A stretch of 32,000 nucleotides of DNA from Ruminococcus albus 7 = DSM 20455 (lineage in GTDB: Bacteria > Bacillota > Clostridia > Oscillospirales > Ruminococcaceae): positions 120,001 through 152,000 of the forward strand of contig NC_014824.1 in NCBI RefSeq assembly GCF_000179635.2. The letters run 5' to 3'. Both the position numbers and the translations under genes were made by a program. A model generated the notes under the pieces. The model saw nothing but the letters and a program-made list of their open reading frames with translations, did not search any database and was not told the origin of the DNA. Each line of letters begins with the position of its first letter. Position 1 is the first letter of the stretch. Below are positions 1 to 8,617 of this stretch, piece after piece.

Positions 1-2
1 AT

Positions 3-137
3 TCTCCGACCATCGTTCCTGTATCAGTTCCTTGCTCAAACGAAAATATCCGCATTGAGAAAAACGGACTTCAAATATCTCTTCCGGCAGATATATCTGC
101 GGACACTCTGACCGCTTTGGTGCATGAGCTATGCTGA
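3..137 (+). CDS. IS66-family accessory protein Orf1 (TnpA-like), C-terminal fragment cut by the window edge
   Basis: Frame 3 is open from the window edge (...NIRIEKNGLQISLPADISADTLTALVHELC*). Its TGA (135-137) overlaps the ATG (131) of the next ORF as ATGCTGA, the usual orf1/orf2 coupling of IS66 elements. Confidence 0.55.
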   Translation, partial: SPTIVPVSVPCSNENIRIEKNGLQISLPADISADTLTALVHELC

Positions 138-487
138 ATGATCTGGCAGCGGACGCACAGGTCTATCTTGTTACGGGATACACCGACCTTCGACGCGGGA
201 TAGACGGACTTGCGACTATCGTTCAGGCTCAGCTTCGACTTGACCCGTTCTCGAAAGCATTGTTTTTGTTCTGCGGCAGACGTTGTGACCGCATCAAAGG
301 TCTGCTGTGGGAGGGCGATGGTTTTCTGCTGTTGTACAAGCGCCTTGACAACGGAAGATTCCAGTGGCCGCGCAGTGAGACCGAAGCAGTAATGCTCACA
401 TCTCAGCAAATTCGCTGGCTTCTGGAAGGCTTGAAAATAGAGCAGCCGAAGGCTATCCGTGAGGGAAAGCCGGGGGCGCTGTATTAA
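131..487 (+). CDS. tnpB: IS66-family Orf2 / TnpB accessory protein
   Basis: 118 aa. YLVTGYTDLRRGIDGLATIVQ...DPFSKALFLFCGRRCDRIKGLLWEGDGFLLLYKRLDNGRFQWP matches the highly conserved IS66 Orf2 pattern. Sits between the orf1 tail and the transposase. Confidence 0.9.
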   Translation: MLNDLAADAQVYLVTGYTDLRRGIDGLATIVQAQLRLDPFSKALFLFCGRRCDRIKGLLWEGDGFLLLYKRLDNGRFQWPRSETEAVMLTSQQIRWLLEGLKIEQPKAIREGKPGALY

Positions 488-579
488 GGCAATACTTACC
501 GAATATTCAGAATATGTGCTTGAAAAGCCCCTCTTTTCGTGGTATCATTAAAGTATCATAACGAACGGAGGGGTGCTTT

Positions 580-2091
580 ATGTCCGAACCAAATATGACA
601 TCGGAAATTGTATCGCTCCGTAATGAAAACGCTGTTCTCAAGGAAGAACTAGCACTTGCCAATCAGCAGTTAGCGTGGTTCAGAAAGCAGATATTCGGAA
701 GAAAAACAGAGCAGACATCTGTTGTTATGGAAAAGGAGTTCGGTGTTCAGCTTTCCATGTTCGGAAACAATGAAGAAAAATCCGCAGCTAAATCTGCCGA
801 AACAATTACTGTTCCCGAACACAAGCGCAAGAAAAAACGCACTCACGATGAATGGATGAACAATCTGCCTGTAAAAGAAGAACATCACAAAATTGACAAC
901 CCGGTATGCGAAATATGCGGCGCCGAAATGGAAGAACTGACTCCCGAAAAGGCTTACGATGAACTTATATTTACGCCGCCAAAATATCATATCCGCAGGC
1001 ATATAGTACATAAGTACAAGTGTCCCGAGTGCGGAGAAAAGCCCGAAGAAAGGGACGAACCTTGTCATATCATCCGTGCGCCATATCCTCACGCTATGAT
1101 CCCGGGAAGCTATTGCTCTCCCGAACTTCTGGCTCATATCATCTACGAAAAATATGCAAAGTCAGTACCTCTGCACCGTCAGGAAAAGGACTTTAATTCC
1201 AAAAACATACCTCTGCTCAAAGCGACTATGTCTAATTGGGTAGGCACTGCTGCCGAAAAATGGTGTTTGCCGATTGTGGAGAAAATGCATGAGACGCTTA
1301 TCGCAGGGCAGATGATCCATGCCGATGAAACGACCGTTCAGGTGCTTCACGAGGAAGGCCGAAAGCCTACCACGACATCAAGAATGTGGGTCTACTGCAA
1401 CGGCAAAATGAATGACAGGAGCATCATCATTTTCGATTATCAGCCGACACGAAAGGGTGAGCACGCCTCGAATTTCCTGAAAGGATTTATCGGCTATCTT
1501 ATCTGTGACGGATACGATGCCTACAATGCAGTCGAGGGTGCTAAGCGATGCGGCTGTATGACTCATGCAAGGCGTGGTTTTATTCAGGCTCTTCCGAACG
1601 ACCAAAAGCTGCACAGCACTTCTGTTGCGGCAAAGGCAGTAGAATATTTCAACAAGATATATCACGAAGAAAATCTGCTTGCCGACAGCTCCACAGAATA
1701 CAGATATAAACAGCGCCTTGTGAAGGTAAAGCCTTTGCTTGACGAGTTTTTTGCGTGGCTTGAAAATGTTCAGGTCAGTGGTAAGGGCAAGCTGACAGAT
1801 GCAGTAAGATATGCGTTGAATGAACGGAAATATCTTTACACGTTTCTTGAAAACGGAGACGTGCCTATCGACAACAACAGAGCCGAAAACGCAATAAGAC
1901 CGTTTGCGTTAGGCCGAAAAAATTGGCTGTTTTCAAATACAGCAAACGGAGCCAGATCAAGTGCAACGCTGTATTCGATCATTTCAACTGCACAGGCGAA
2001 CGGTGTTGATGCTGAGAAATACCTGACCGAGCTGTTTTCACAGCCTGCGGGAACGATATTATTACCATGGAGGGAAGAAAATGAAACTTAG
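580..2091 (+). CDS. IS66-family DDE transposase (TnpC)
   Basis: 503 aa. N-terminal leucine-zipper-like segment, Cys pairs CEICG...CPECG (zinc-finger region), a central DDE region (IHADETTVQV...ICDGYDAY...NNRAENAIRP), and the C-terminal NWLFSNTANGARSSATLYSIISTAQANG motif typical of IS66 transposases. RBS GGAGGGG lies upstream of ATG 580. Confidence 0.93.
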   Translation: MSEPNMTSEIVSLRNENAVLKEELALANQQLAWFRKQIFGRKTEQTSVVMEKEFGVQLSMFGNNEEKSAAKSAETITVPEHKRKKKRTHDEWMNNLPVKEEHHKIDNPVCEICGAEMEELTPEKAYDELIFTPPKYHIRRHIVHKYKCPECGEKPEERDEPCHIIRAPYPHAMIPGSYCSPELLAHIIYEKYAKSVPLHRQEKDFNSKNIPLLKATMSNWVGTAAEKWCLPIVEKMHETLIAGQMIHADETTVQVLHEEGRKPTTTSRMWVYCNGKMNDRSIIIFDYQPTRKGEHASNFLKGFIGYLICDGYDAYNAVEGAKRCGCMTHARRGFIQALPNDQKLHSTSVAAKAVEYFNKIYHEENLLADSSTEYRYKQRLVKVKPLLDEFFAWLENVQVSGKGKLTDAVRYALNERKYLYTFLENGDVPIDNNRAENAIRPFALGRKNWLFSNTANGARSSATLYSIISTAQANGVDAEKYLTELFSQPAGTILLPWREENET

Positions 2092-2293
2092 TAATGAAGA
2101 TGCAAAGCTGTTTTATGAACTGTTTTTTCCACTGCTTGACTATGTGAACAGAGAATATCATATACTTCCTGAGGAAGATTATTTCGGGCAAGGAATGATC
2201 GACCCACAGGATGCTGCGGAGGTTGCCCACTTTTTATGGGAACGGACATGGATCATTGATGATTATCTTGAGCGATCGGATCTGCCCGAATAA
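2081..2293 (+). CDS. Hypothetical protein (70 aa); start overlaps the transposase stop. Possibly the first half of one gene split by an in-frame TAA
   Basis: ATG 2081 lies inside the last codons of the transposase. The ORF is in the same frame as 2297-2620, separated only by TAA (2291-2293) plus one codon. Lies inside the proposed IS boundary. Confidence 0.4.
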   Translation: MKLSNEDAKLFYELFFPLLDYVNREYHILPEEDYFGQGMIDPQDAAEVAHFLWERTWIIDDYLERSDLPE

Positions 2294-2296
2294 CAC

Positions 2297-2620
2297 ATGG
2301 AGATACTTAAAAGCTGGAAAGGGTGCATCACCGGCAGATTTATCATTGAGCGACATTTGAAAAAGGGATCGGTATTTATATCGATCGATGACAATTCTGT
2401 TTTTCTTGTAAACGGCATTGTCAGCAGTTGGGAGGAAATGCTGAGAAATGCACCGATGCCAACTTTGCTTGATGCAGCGCTTCTGCCATTTAAAAATGCG
2501 ATCATTTCCGATGGCCTTGTATCTGTTATGCCGATCATATTCGGTCCGAACAGCAAAGCTGATTTCAAAGAAATATACATGGACGCAAAGAGAAATGGAG
2601 AAATCAAAGCCAGAATATGA
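2297..2620 (+). CDS. Hypothetical protein (107 aa), IS66 passenger ORF or second half of a split gene
   Basis: Open frame with balanced amino-acid composition, followed directly by a strong hairpin terminator. No recognisable motif. Confidence 0.4.
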   Translation: MEILKSWKGCITGRFIIERHLKKGSVFISIDDNSVFLVNGIVSSWEEMLRNAPMPTLLDAALLPFKNAIISDGLVSVMPIIFGPNSKADFKEIYMDAKRNGEIKARI

Positions 2621-2624
2621 TGTT

Positions 2625-2660
2625 ACAGCCGGGTGTTATCTGCCCGGCTGTTTGCTTTTA
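2625..2660 (+). terminator. Rho-independent terminator
   Basis: Perfect 9-bp stem ACAGCCGGG (2625-2633) / CCCGGCTGT (2643-2651), 9-nt loop, then a T-rich tail TTTGCTTTTA. Confidence 0.7.
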
Positions 2661-2789
2661 TGATGCGGGGGGTTATACGCTTACCTTAAAATTCTACACT
2701 TTTTGTGTGAATATTCAAGGGGATCGTATAAATTTTTAATCTTTTCACATATATCTGTTTATAGTAGTTAATAATTTTACAGAGATTTA

Positions 2790-3167
2790 TTATTGTTTAA
2801 CAAATAATGTATCTTCATTCAATACGCTCCAGCTGTACCTGTCTCCTATTTCTTTTTTTCCTTTAAACTTTATGATCAACTTGGTTGCATTGTATTCTCC
2901 TTCAAGGTGGCAATATATATATCTATCATTATACTTATCAATTATAATATTACCATGTACAATTAATTCCTGATTTTCATCTGATTCATAACCTGCTTCT
3001 GATGCTTTGCGAAAAGTTTCATCGACCAAATAATGAGTATACTTGTCTTTTATATGGTTTTCAAACTTTGTTCCAAAAATCTTATTATCGGTTTTAGGAT
3101 CTGGAATATAAGCACACAGTAATAATACTAAAATTACACTTAATGTTATTATAATTGTTTTTTTCAT
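2790..3167 (-). CDS. Small secreted protein or lipoprotein (125 aa), coupled to the upstream giant protein; candidate cognate/immunity partner
   Basis: N-terminus MKKTIIITLSVILVLLLCAY is signal-peptide-like with a Cys that could be a lipobox. RBS GAGGTG precedes the ATG. Only 18 nt downstream of the stop of 3186-5783. Confidence 0.65.
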   Translation of the reverse strand: MKKTIIITLSVILVLLLCAYIPDPKTDNKIFGTKFENHIKDKYTHYLVDETFRKASEAGYESDENQELIVHGNIIIDKYNDRYIYCHLEGEYNATKLIIKFKGKKEIGDRYSWSVLNEDTLFVKQ

Positions 3168-3185
3168 AATACACCTCGAAATAAC

Positions 3186-5783
3186 TCACATTAATCCTAT
3201 TGTATTTTTAATAAAAAGAGGACTGAATGTTTTTTTCAGTTTTCCATCACTATCCTTTATAGAGTATGAAGTAGTTTTATTGTATCCAATAGGATCATAA
3301 TTACCACTTGATGCATCATCTCCAAACATTTTTTTAAAATCTACAACCGTCTTAATCGCAACATACGGCTTAAAGTAGTTACCGTTATTTGTGAAACTAT
3401 AACTGCGAGTTGTATAATCATATAATTTCGTTTTCTTATTTAATTTACCGAGTGTTAAGGAATACTTCCAAGAAGTTCTATCACAACTGTAACCAAATTC
3501 CCACTTGCCTTTATACTTAACCCAAGTATATTTCATGGTTGTATTTAAACATACATCTGATAAACGGAGAAAGTTTGCACTAGTAGTATATAAATCGTGA
3601 GGTGAAGGTGTATAGTTGAAAAGGGTCTTAATGGCAACACTGAGTGTTTTACCTGCTACAGGGTGACCAGCGCAAGAAAGCAATGCAGACACTCCAGTAC
3701 CAAATAAATTTTTCATTGCTGTATTTAATAATTTCTTTGCCCTTGTCGGATTGGTGCATTCTCCAATCAGATATATTCCGGGAGAGTAATTGCATCTCAG
3801 CTTTGGATTTTTAGTTGATACCTTATCACTTACACTTAATGAATAGTACTGATATGATTTTCCATTATATGTATATGTAGAAGAAGTACGTATTACATCA
3901 TACATTTTATCAATACCATTGCAAGGATGAAAGTCAGATTTAGCTTTTTTTATTACGTTTTTAGTGAAAATAGGATGTGTTTGTTTGTCAAATAATTCGG
4001 AGATTTCCTGATTACTTAATAATATATTTTTTTCTTCCAATGAATCTCTTAGATATTGATACTCATTTATTATATTGAGATTCTCTGGATCGTCCTTTAA
4101 TTCTTCAACCTTTTCATAATAATCTTCAATTAGTTTATCGGTATCTTGCTGATATGATTGCTCTAATTGATAAAAAGATGAAAAAACATCTGTGCTTTCT
4201 GATATAATTACATTTTCTCCATCTAATAAAATACCAGATGCGATTATGAATCCTTTAAAGTTGATCTCTTTGGAATTAATTTCAACATAACCATTTGGCG
4301 CAAAAATAATACCAGAGTAGTTGAATTCATCTGAATTAAAAGTTATATTTCCATTTTTTGAAGCAATAATTTGCGCATCGTCTTGTTGAGATATAATCGA
4401 TGAAGCATCAATCATGATCTGGTTATCAGAATATATGTTGCCATTAAGCTTAAAATCATTAGCACAGCAATTTACGTTTGAAAAATATCCATCTTCATCA
4501 ATGGTATATGAATCGGTGGTCATTTCCAATTTGTTGCTTTGGGTATTGTTATAATCAGAAAATAACGCATTTAACGAATCATAAATAAAATCATTATCGT
4601 TTTCTGTTTTATTTCCTATTTCTTTTCTTATATTTGATGAAATATAAATTTTATTGGCTGAAGAAATATTTCCACTACATTCAAAATAATTGGATTTTAT
4701 AGTTATATTATTATCTTTTCCAATAGAATTTAGTACAAATGGAGTTGCAACACTATTATCATCTATATCTAATGAATTATTAACATCTACCGTGACATTA
4801 GCATCTTTAGGGTCAATGACAATTGTATTGCTTTCAACTATCCTATCACCGTAATTACAAGCGATTTTAATATATTTTCTTTTATTAAAAGAATTAACTG
4901 CATATGAATAGGAGTTCCTGTCATAGACTTCATCCACTAAATTAAATATCTCATTATCTTCTGACTCCAGAATATCATAAACAGCATTTACATTAGATTC
5001 CCATTCAATATCTATGGATGAGTTTTTATAATCACATGCTGCAAATAATTCAATGGTTGGAGTAATATCTTCATTCATGCCATCACTTTCAGATTTACTA
5101 TTAACGAAGTCGATAAACTCATTATTAGTATTTATATTGACGGTAGAAGAATTAAAACAAATCTTTTGGGCGATTACAATTGTATTATTAAGATTTACAT
5201 TGTCAGAATTGAATATTACTGAGCCATTAGGAGCATATATTAATCCTGTAATGTTAGTGTTATTTGATGTGAAATTTATATCTCCATTTTTAGAGTATAG
5301 AACTATGTCATTATTAGTACTTGTATTTCCTTCAACCGTAATTTCATCTGTTGACATAATACTTTTATTTAGAAGTATATTTCCTTCTAATCTAATCTCA
5401 CCATCACATATGATAGGCGTGTTAACAGATATGTTTGTGTCAACCCAAGTATAATCTTCTGAATAATTATCAGATCCTTCATTGAAAAATCTGTCTGAGA
5501 TTTTATTGTTCAAATCTGGTATGTCTTTTTCAACGGATTCAAAAATATTATTAATAGTACAATTTGATATTACATCACCATTTGTACAAATACTTCCATT
5601 TAAATTAAATGTAGATGAAGAAATATTAACAGCGTCTTCTTCAAAACTTCCTGCAAATAACGCATAGGAATACATATTGTTACATGATGATTCAATTGCA
5701 ACTACAGGTATTAATCCTGATATATTAAACATTATAGCGGATGAAATAATACCGGCTGTAAATCTTTGAAACATTGTTTTCAT
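3186..5783 (-). CDS. Large secreted Asn-rich beta-helix-like protein (865 aa) with an internally duplicated N-terminal module and an unknown C-terminal domain
   Basis: Hydrophobic N-terminal segment (FTAGIISSAIMFNISGLIPVVAI). Two copies of a ~170-aa module (aa ~38-215 and ~366-525), ending GLIYAPNGSVIFNSDNVNLNNTIVIAQ and GIIFAPNGYVEINSKEINFKGFIIAS. The same module opens the protein at 13065-16250. The C-terminal ~260 aa are unrelated. RBS AGGGAG lies upstream of ATG 5783. Confidence 0.85.
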   Translation of the reverse strand: MKTMFQRFTAGIISSAIMFNISGLIPVVAIESSCNNMYSYALFAGSFEEDAVNISSSTFNLNGSICTNGDVISNCTINNIFESVEKDIPDLNNKISDRFFNEGSDNYSEDYTWVDTNISVNTPIICDGEIRLEGNILLNKSIMSTDEITVEGNTSTNNDIVLYSKNGDINFTSNNTNITGLIYAPNGSVIFNSDNVNLNNTIVIAQKICFNSSTVNINTNNEFIDFVNSKSESDGMNEDITPTIELFAACDYKNSSIDIEWESNVNAVYDILESEDNEIFNLVDEVYDRNSYSYAVNSFNKRKYIKIACNYGDRIVESNTIVIDPKDANVTVDVNNSLDIDDNSVATPFVLNSIGKDNNITIKSNYFECSGNISSANKIYISSNIRKEIGNKTENDNDFIYDSLNALFSDYNNTQSNKLEMTTDSYTIDEDGYFSNVNCCANDFKLNGNIYSDNQIMIDASSIISQQDDAQIIASKNGNITFNSDEFNYSGIIFAPNGYVEINSKEINFKGFIIASGILLDGENVIISESTDVFSSFYQLEQSYQQDTDKLIEDYYEKVEELKDDPENLNIINEYQYLRDSLEEKNILLSNQEISELFDKQTHPIFTKNVIKKAKSDFHPCNGIDKMYDVIRTSSTYTYNGKSYQYYSLSVSDKVSTKNPKLRCNYSPGIYLIGECTNPTRAKKLLNTAMKNLFGTGVSALLSCAGHPVAGKTLSVAIKTLFNYTPSPHDLYTTSANFLRLSDVCLNTTMKYTWVKYKGKWEFGYSCDRTSWKYSLTLGKLNKKTKLYDYTTRSYSFTNNGNYFKPYVAIKTVVDFKKMFGDDASSGNYDPIGYNKTTSYSIKDSDGKLKKTFSPLFIKNTIGLM

Positions 5784-6768
5784 TTTATTCTCCCTAAATT
5801 ATGATGTGCTGACTTAATGTCTAAATCATGCCAGCCAATTTTATTGTATCATTTGTTGTTGAAAATTCTTATAGTAATCAATTTTTCTGCATTTTTTCTT
5901 TAATGAAATATAGCCAACTTAAAATTCTGAATATTATTCCTATGTTAACCTCCCTCATTATTCAAGATTTAATTCCTAAATGATTATTTATTATCACAAC
6001 CCGTCTCAGTAGTGTATATAATAACACTTTAGAATAATTATTACTACCCACAGCGTTTTTCTCAGACCAGAGAACTGGAAACACACGTTACTATGAGCAA
6101 TAGCTGCAACTTAGTCAAAACCATTCGCAGCAATGCTTTGAGGTACTGCATTGCTTGTTAACGTTAGCGAAAGTGCTGTTATAAGAGCAACATTTTTCTT
6201 TGAACTTTTTATAATTGACCATTCCGTTCTTTGAATTTTTGCTTTTAAAAGGGTAGTTATTGTTATTGAATTCCTCAAAAGACACTTGATAAGTGTAGCA
6301 TGTTTTTGTTATTATATCAAGACTGATTTTTTAATGTTTTGTGTAATATTTAAAATAAGTCAATGTAAGATTGTATTAGGGAATATTCGCTATTATAACA
6401 GTGTTGAGAAAAATGCCGTCATAGTACTATTATGGCGGGATCAGCCTGTCTCCAAACTCTATATCCAACGCGAATAACAATTCAAGCATATTTCCGTCTA
6501 AATTCTTTCGTTCTTCTGTTTAAAAAATATTTATTCTAAAATAAAAAAATAATTTAATTTGCGAAGCCCTTAAAACCGCGCGTTTTCGGACAATATCAAC
6601 CACATATATTTATTAATATGACATTTACAAAACTTTAATAAAAGATTTTTTGAAAAATAAAATTCCCAAAAAGCCCGAAAATAAGCCATTTGAGCAAAAT
6701 TCGTTTTTAAAAGAAGCCAAAAAACAAGAAAGAAATAGTTTTTTTCGTTTTTATTTTTCTAAGTTTTC

Positions 6769-6777
6769 TGCTATAAT
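6769..6777 (+). promoter_or_regulatory. Candidate extended -10 promoter (TGcTATAAT)
   Basis: TG at 6769-6770, TATAAT at 6772-6777. The upstream -35 region is just AT-rich (no clear TTGACA). Confidence 0.3.
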
Positions 6778-6784
6778 ACTCGTA

Positions 6785-7036
6785 GTGATAATAATTGATA
6801 ACTTGGAGTCTAGTGATCATCAAAAATAACCTTATGAAATACCTATCGAAATACATAATGAAGAAAATAACAGATACTTTTCCATGACTTAATACGATTT
6901 AAACTTTCAGATCAACTAACAGATTAAATACAAAGTATTTGTAATAGTAAGCATCATACCCAAAAACAAACAACTCTATGAAGGTTAAAGATGATCTAAT
7001 TATGCCGGACTCGGAATAAACTGAGTCCGGTTTTTT
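6785..7036 (+). ncRNA. Candidate ~250-nt non-coding transcript bracketed by a promoter-like element and an intrinsic terminator
   Basis: No ORF above 16 codons and no SD-preceded start between the TGcTATAAT element and the terminator at 7005-7036. Purely structural inference. Confidence 0.2.
7005..7036 (+). terminator. Rho-independent terminator
   Basis: Stem CCGGACTC (7005-7012) / GAGTCCGG (7023-7030), followed by TTTTTT (7031-7036). Confidence 0.65.
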
Positions 7037-7161
7037 ATTTGTAGAAGCTAGAATATTCGTTTTTATTATTTAAACACATAATTGTTTTTATTTTTTCAAA
7101 AAAAACAATTATAATATCAAAAGGAAACCGCCGGAATTGCCCTAGGGGAGCAAAACACAAC

Positions 7162-7189
7162 ATGGCACAAAATGAATATTTTGTGCCAT
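7162..7189 (+). promoter_or_regulatory. Perfect 12-bp-stem hairpin/palindrome abutting the recombinase RBS
   Basis: ATGGCACAAAAT (7162-7173), loop GAAT, ATTTTGTGCCAT (7178-7189). The SD AGAGGAG starts 2 nt later. Confidence 0.45.
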
Positions 7190-7207
7190 AAAGAGGAGTG
7201 ACCTGCC

Positions 7208-8188
7208 GTGAAAGAAAGCTATAAGAACGATTGCCCTTATTATCTTGAGGATTTTTTGATAAATTTAAGTGTAATAAAAAATCGTGGTGATCTTACTTCA
7301 AGTGAATATTATCTTGATATAAGAACATTTTTAAGATACTTAAAGGTAAAGAATAAAATGGTTTCAGCTGAGACCAAGTTCAATGACATCACTATAAGCG
7401 ATGTTCCTATAGAAATGATAGAAAACTTTACTAAAAAAGATGCTTACCTTTATATGGTATGGCTCAAGGATGAAAGACAGAATGGAGCTTCCGCCAGAGC
7501 AAGAAAAACTACCTCACTGAAACAGTTCTATGATTACCTGGCTAATAAAGCCCAACTGATACCTAAGGATAATATGGTTTCTCTGGAAGTTCCGCACGTA
7601 AAAAGGGCCTTGCCTAAATACCTTTCACTTGACGAAGTCCAGAAGCTGCTTTCTTCCATCCGTACCAAAAACACTGAAAGAGATTATTGTATAATAACTC
7701 TGTTTTTGAATTGCGGAATGAGACTTTCTGAATTATGCGGTATAAATATAAATGATATAAGTTTTGAAAACAAGACTTTAAGGCTGATGGGTAAAGGAAA
7801 AAAAGAAAGAATAATAACCCTGAATAACAATTGTCTTGATGCTATTGAAAAATATCTTCCATACAGGAAAAATTACGAGATGGCACAAAATGAAAAAGCC
7901 TTGTTCTTGTCTTCCAGAAAGAACAGACTATCTAGACGGAGAGTTCAAAAGATAATTGAAGAATGCATAATGGATGCAGGCTTAAAAAATACGGGTGTAA
8001 CTACTCACAAGCTCAGACATACAGCTGCTACTCTGATGTATAATAATAATGGCGGAGATATTCTTGCTGTAAAAGAGATCCTTGGTCATGAAAGTACGGC
8101 AACAACAGAAATTTACACTCATCTCGGATCAGAAAAAATGAAAAATACTATGGATGTTATGGAAGATCTTCTAAAGAAAAAAGATTGA
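7208..8188 (+). CDS. Tyrosine site-specific recombinase/integrase, XerC/XerD-like
   Basis: 326 aa. N-terminal SAM-like core-binding region (LKQFYDYL). Catalytic signature GMRLSEL ... HKLRHTAATLMY ... LGHESTATTEIYTH (R...HxxR...H...Y). GTG start with SD AGAGGAG. Confidence 0.9.
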   Translation: MKESYKNDCPYYLEDFLINLSVIKNRGDLTSSEYYLDIRTFLRYLKVKNKMVSAETKFNDITISDVPIEMIENFTKKDAYLYMVWLKDERQNGASARARKTTSLKQFYDYLANKAQLIPKDNMVSLEVPHVKRALPKYLSLDEVQKLLSSIRTKNTERDYCIITLFLNCGMRLSELCGININDISFENKTLRLMGKGKKERIITLNNNCLDAIEKYLPYRKNYEMAQNEKALFLSSRKNRLSRRRVQKIIEECIMDAGLKNTGVTTHKLRHTAATLMYNNNGGDILAVKEILGHESTATTEIYTHLGSEKMKNTMDVMEDLLKKKD

Positions 8189-8282
8189 GCACTTCCCTGC
8201 TTTTATGGTTCAGTTCTGGTTTGTATCGGGCTTTTTTAGTCTATCCAGAATTTTAGTAAACCTTGAAGCAGTGTGTAATAAA

Positions 8283-8330
8283 AGAGACACTATACTCTTT
8301 TATTACACTGGTTTTCGTTTACACACAATT
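8283..8330 (+). terminator. Hairpin with 14-bp perfect stem downstream of the recombinase (terminator, or a recombinase-related inverted repeat)
   Basis: GTGTAATAAAAGAG (8283-8296) / CTCTTTTATTACAC (8306-8319), followed by TGGTTTTCGTTT. Confidence 0.5.
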
Positions 8331-8344
8331 CGGGAACCTATTTA

Positions 8345-8617
8345 TTGTTACACTTTAATGCTACTCAAATCTTTGTAGAACAATTGCGTTCGTATGGCTT
8401 GTATATTGATCGTGAAAAAGAAATGATTGCAAGTATAGAAAAGCTTATGAGTGATTTTTCCACTAATTTTGATAATAGATTTATCCCTAAGACACTATTA
8501 ATTAAGAGAAGTGGTGCTATTGCTTTACTGTGCGATGATGTCAAAAATCCTGATGAAGGAATTGCAATTTGTCTGTTCCCAGAAAAGTGTGTTATATCTC
8601 AAGATGATTATCTGTAA
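8345..8617 (+). CDS. Hypothetical protein (90 aa; TTG start in the ORF track, no clear SD)
   Basis: Only an open frame. No motif, weak start context. Confidence 0.25.
   Translation: MLHFNATQIFVEQLRSYGLYIDREKEMIASIEKLMSDFSTNFDNRFIPKTLLIKRSGAIALLCDDVKNPDEGIAICLFPEKCVISQDDYL

Larger units (their letters stand above)
1..2684 (+). mobile_element. IS66-family insertion sequence; left end outside the window, proposed right end at ...CGCTTAC (2678-2684)
   Basis: orf1-tnpB-transposase gene order. IS66 inverted repeats classically begin 5-prime GTAA, so a right end reading ...TTAC fits. Composition switches to AT-rich immediately after ~2685. The right-end call cannot be confirmed because the left IR is not in the window. 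Confidence 0.55.

Noticed and set aside
6286-6477. 63-aa ORF in the long AT-rich intergenic region.
   Set aside because: Cys/Ile/Phe-rich composition typical of random AT-rich DNA. No SD.
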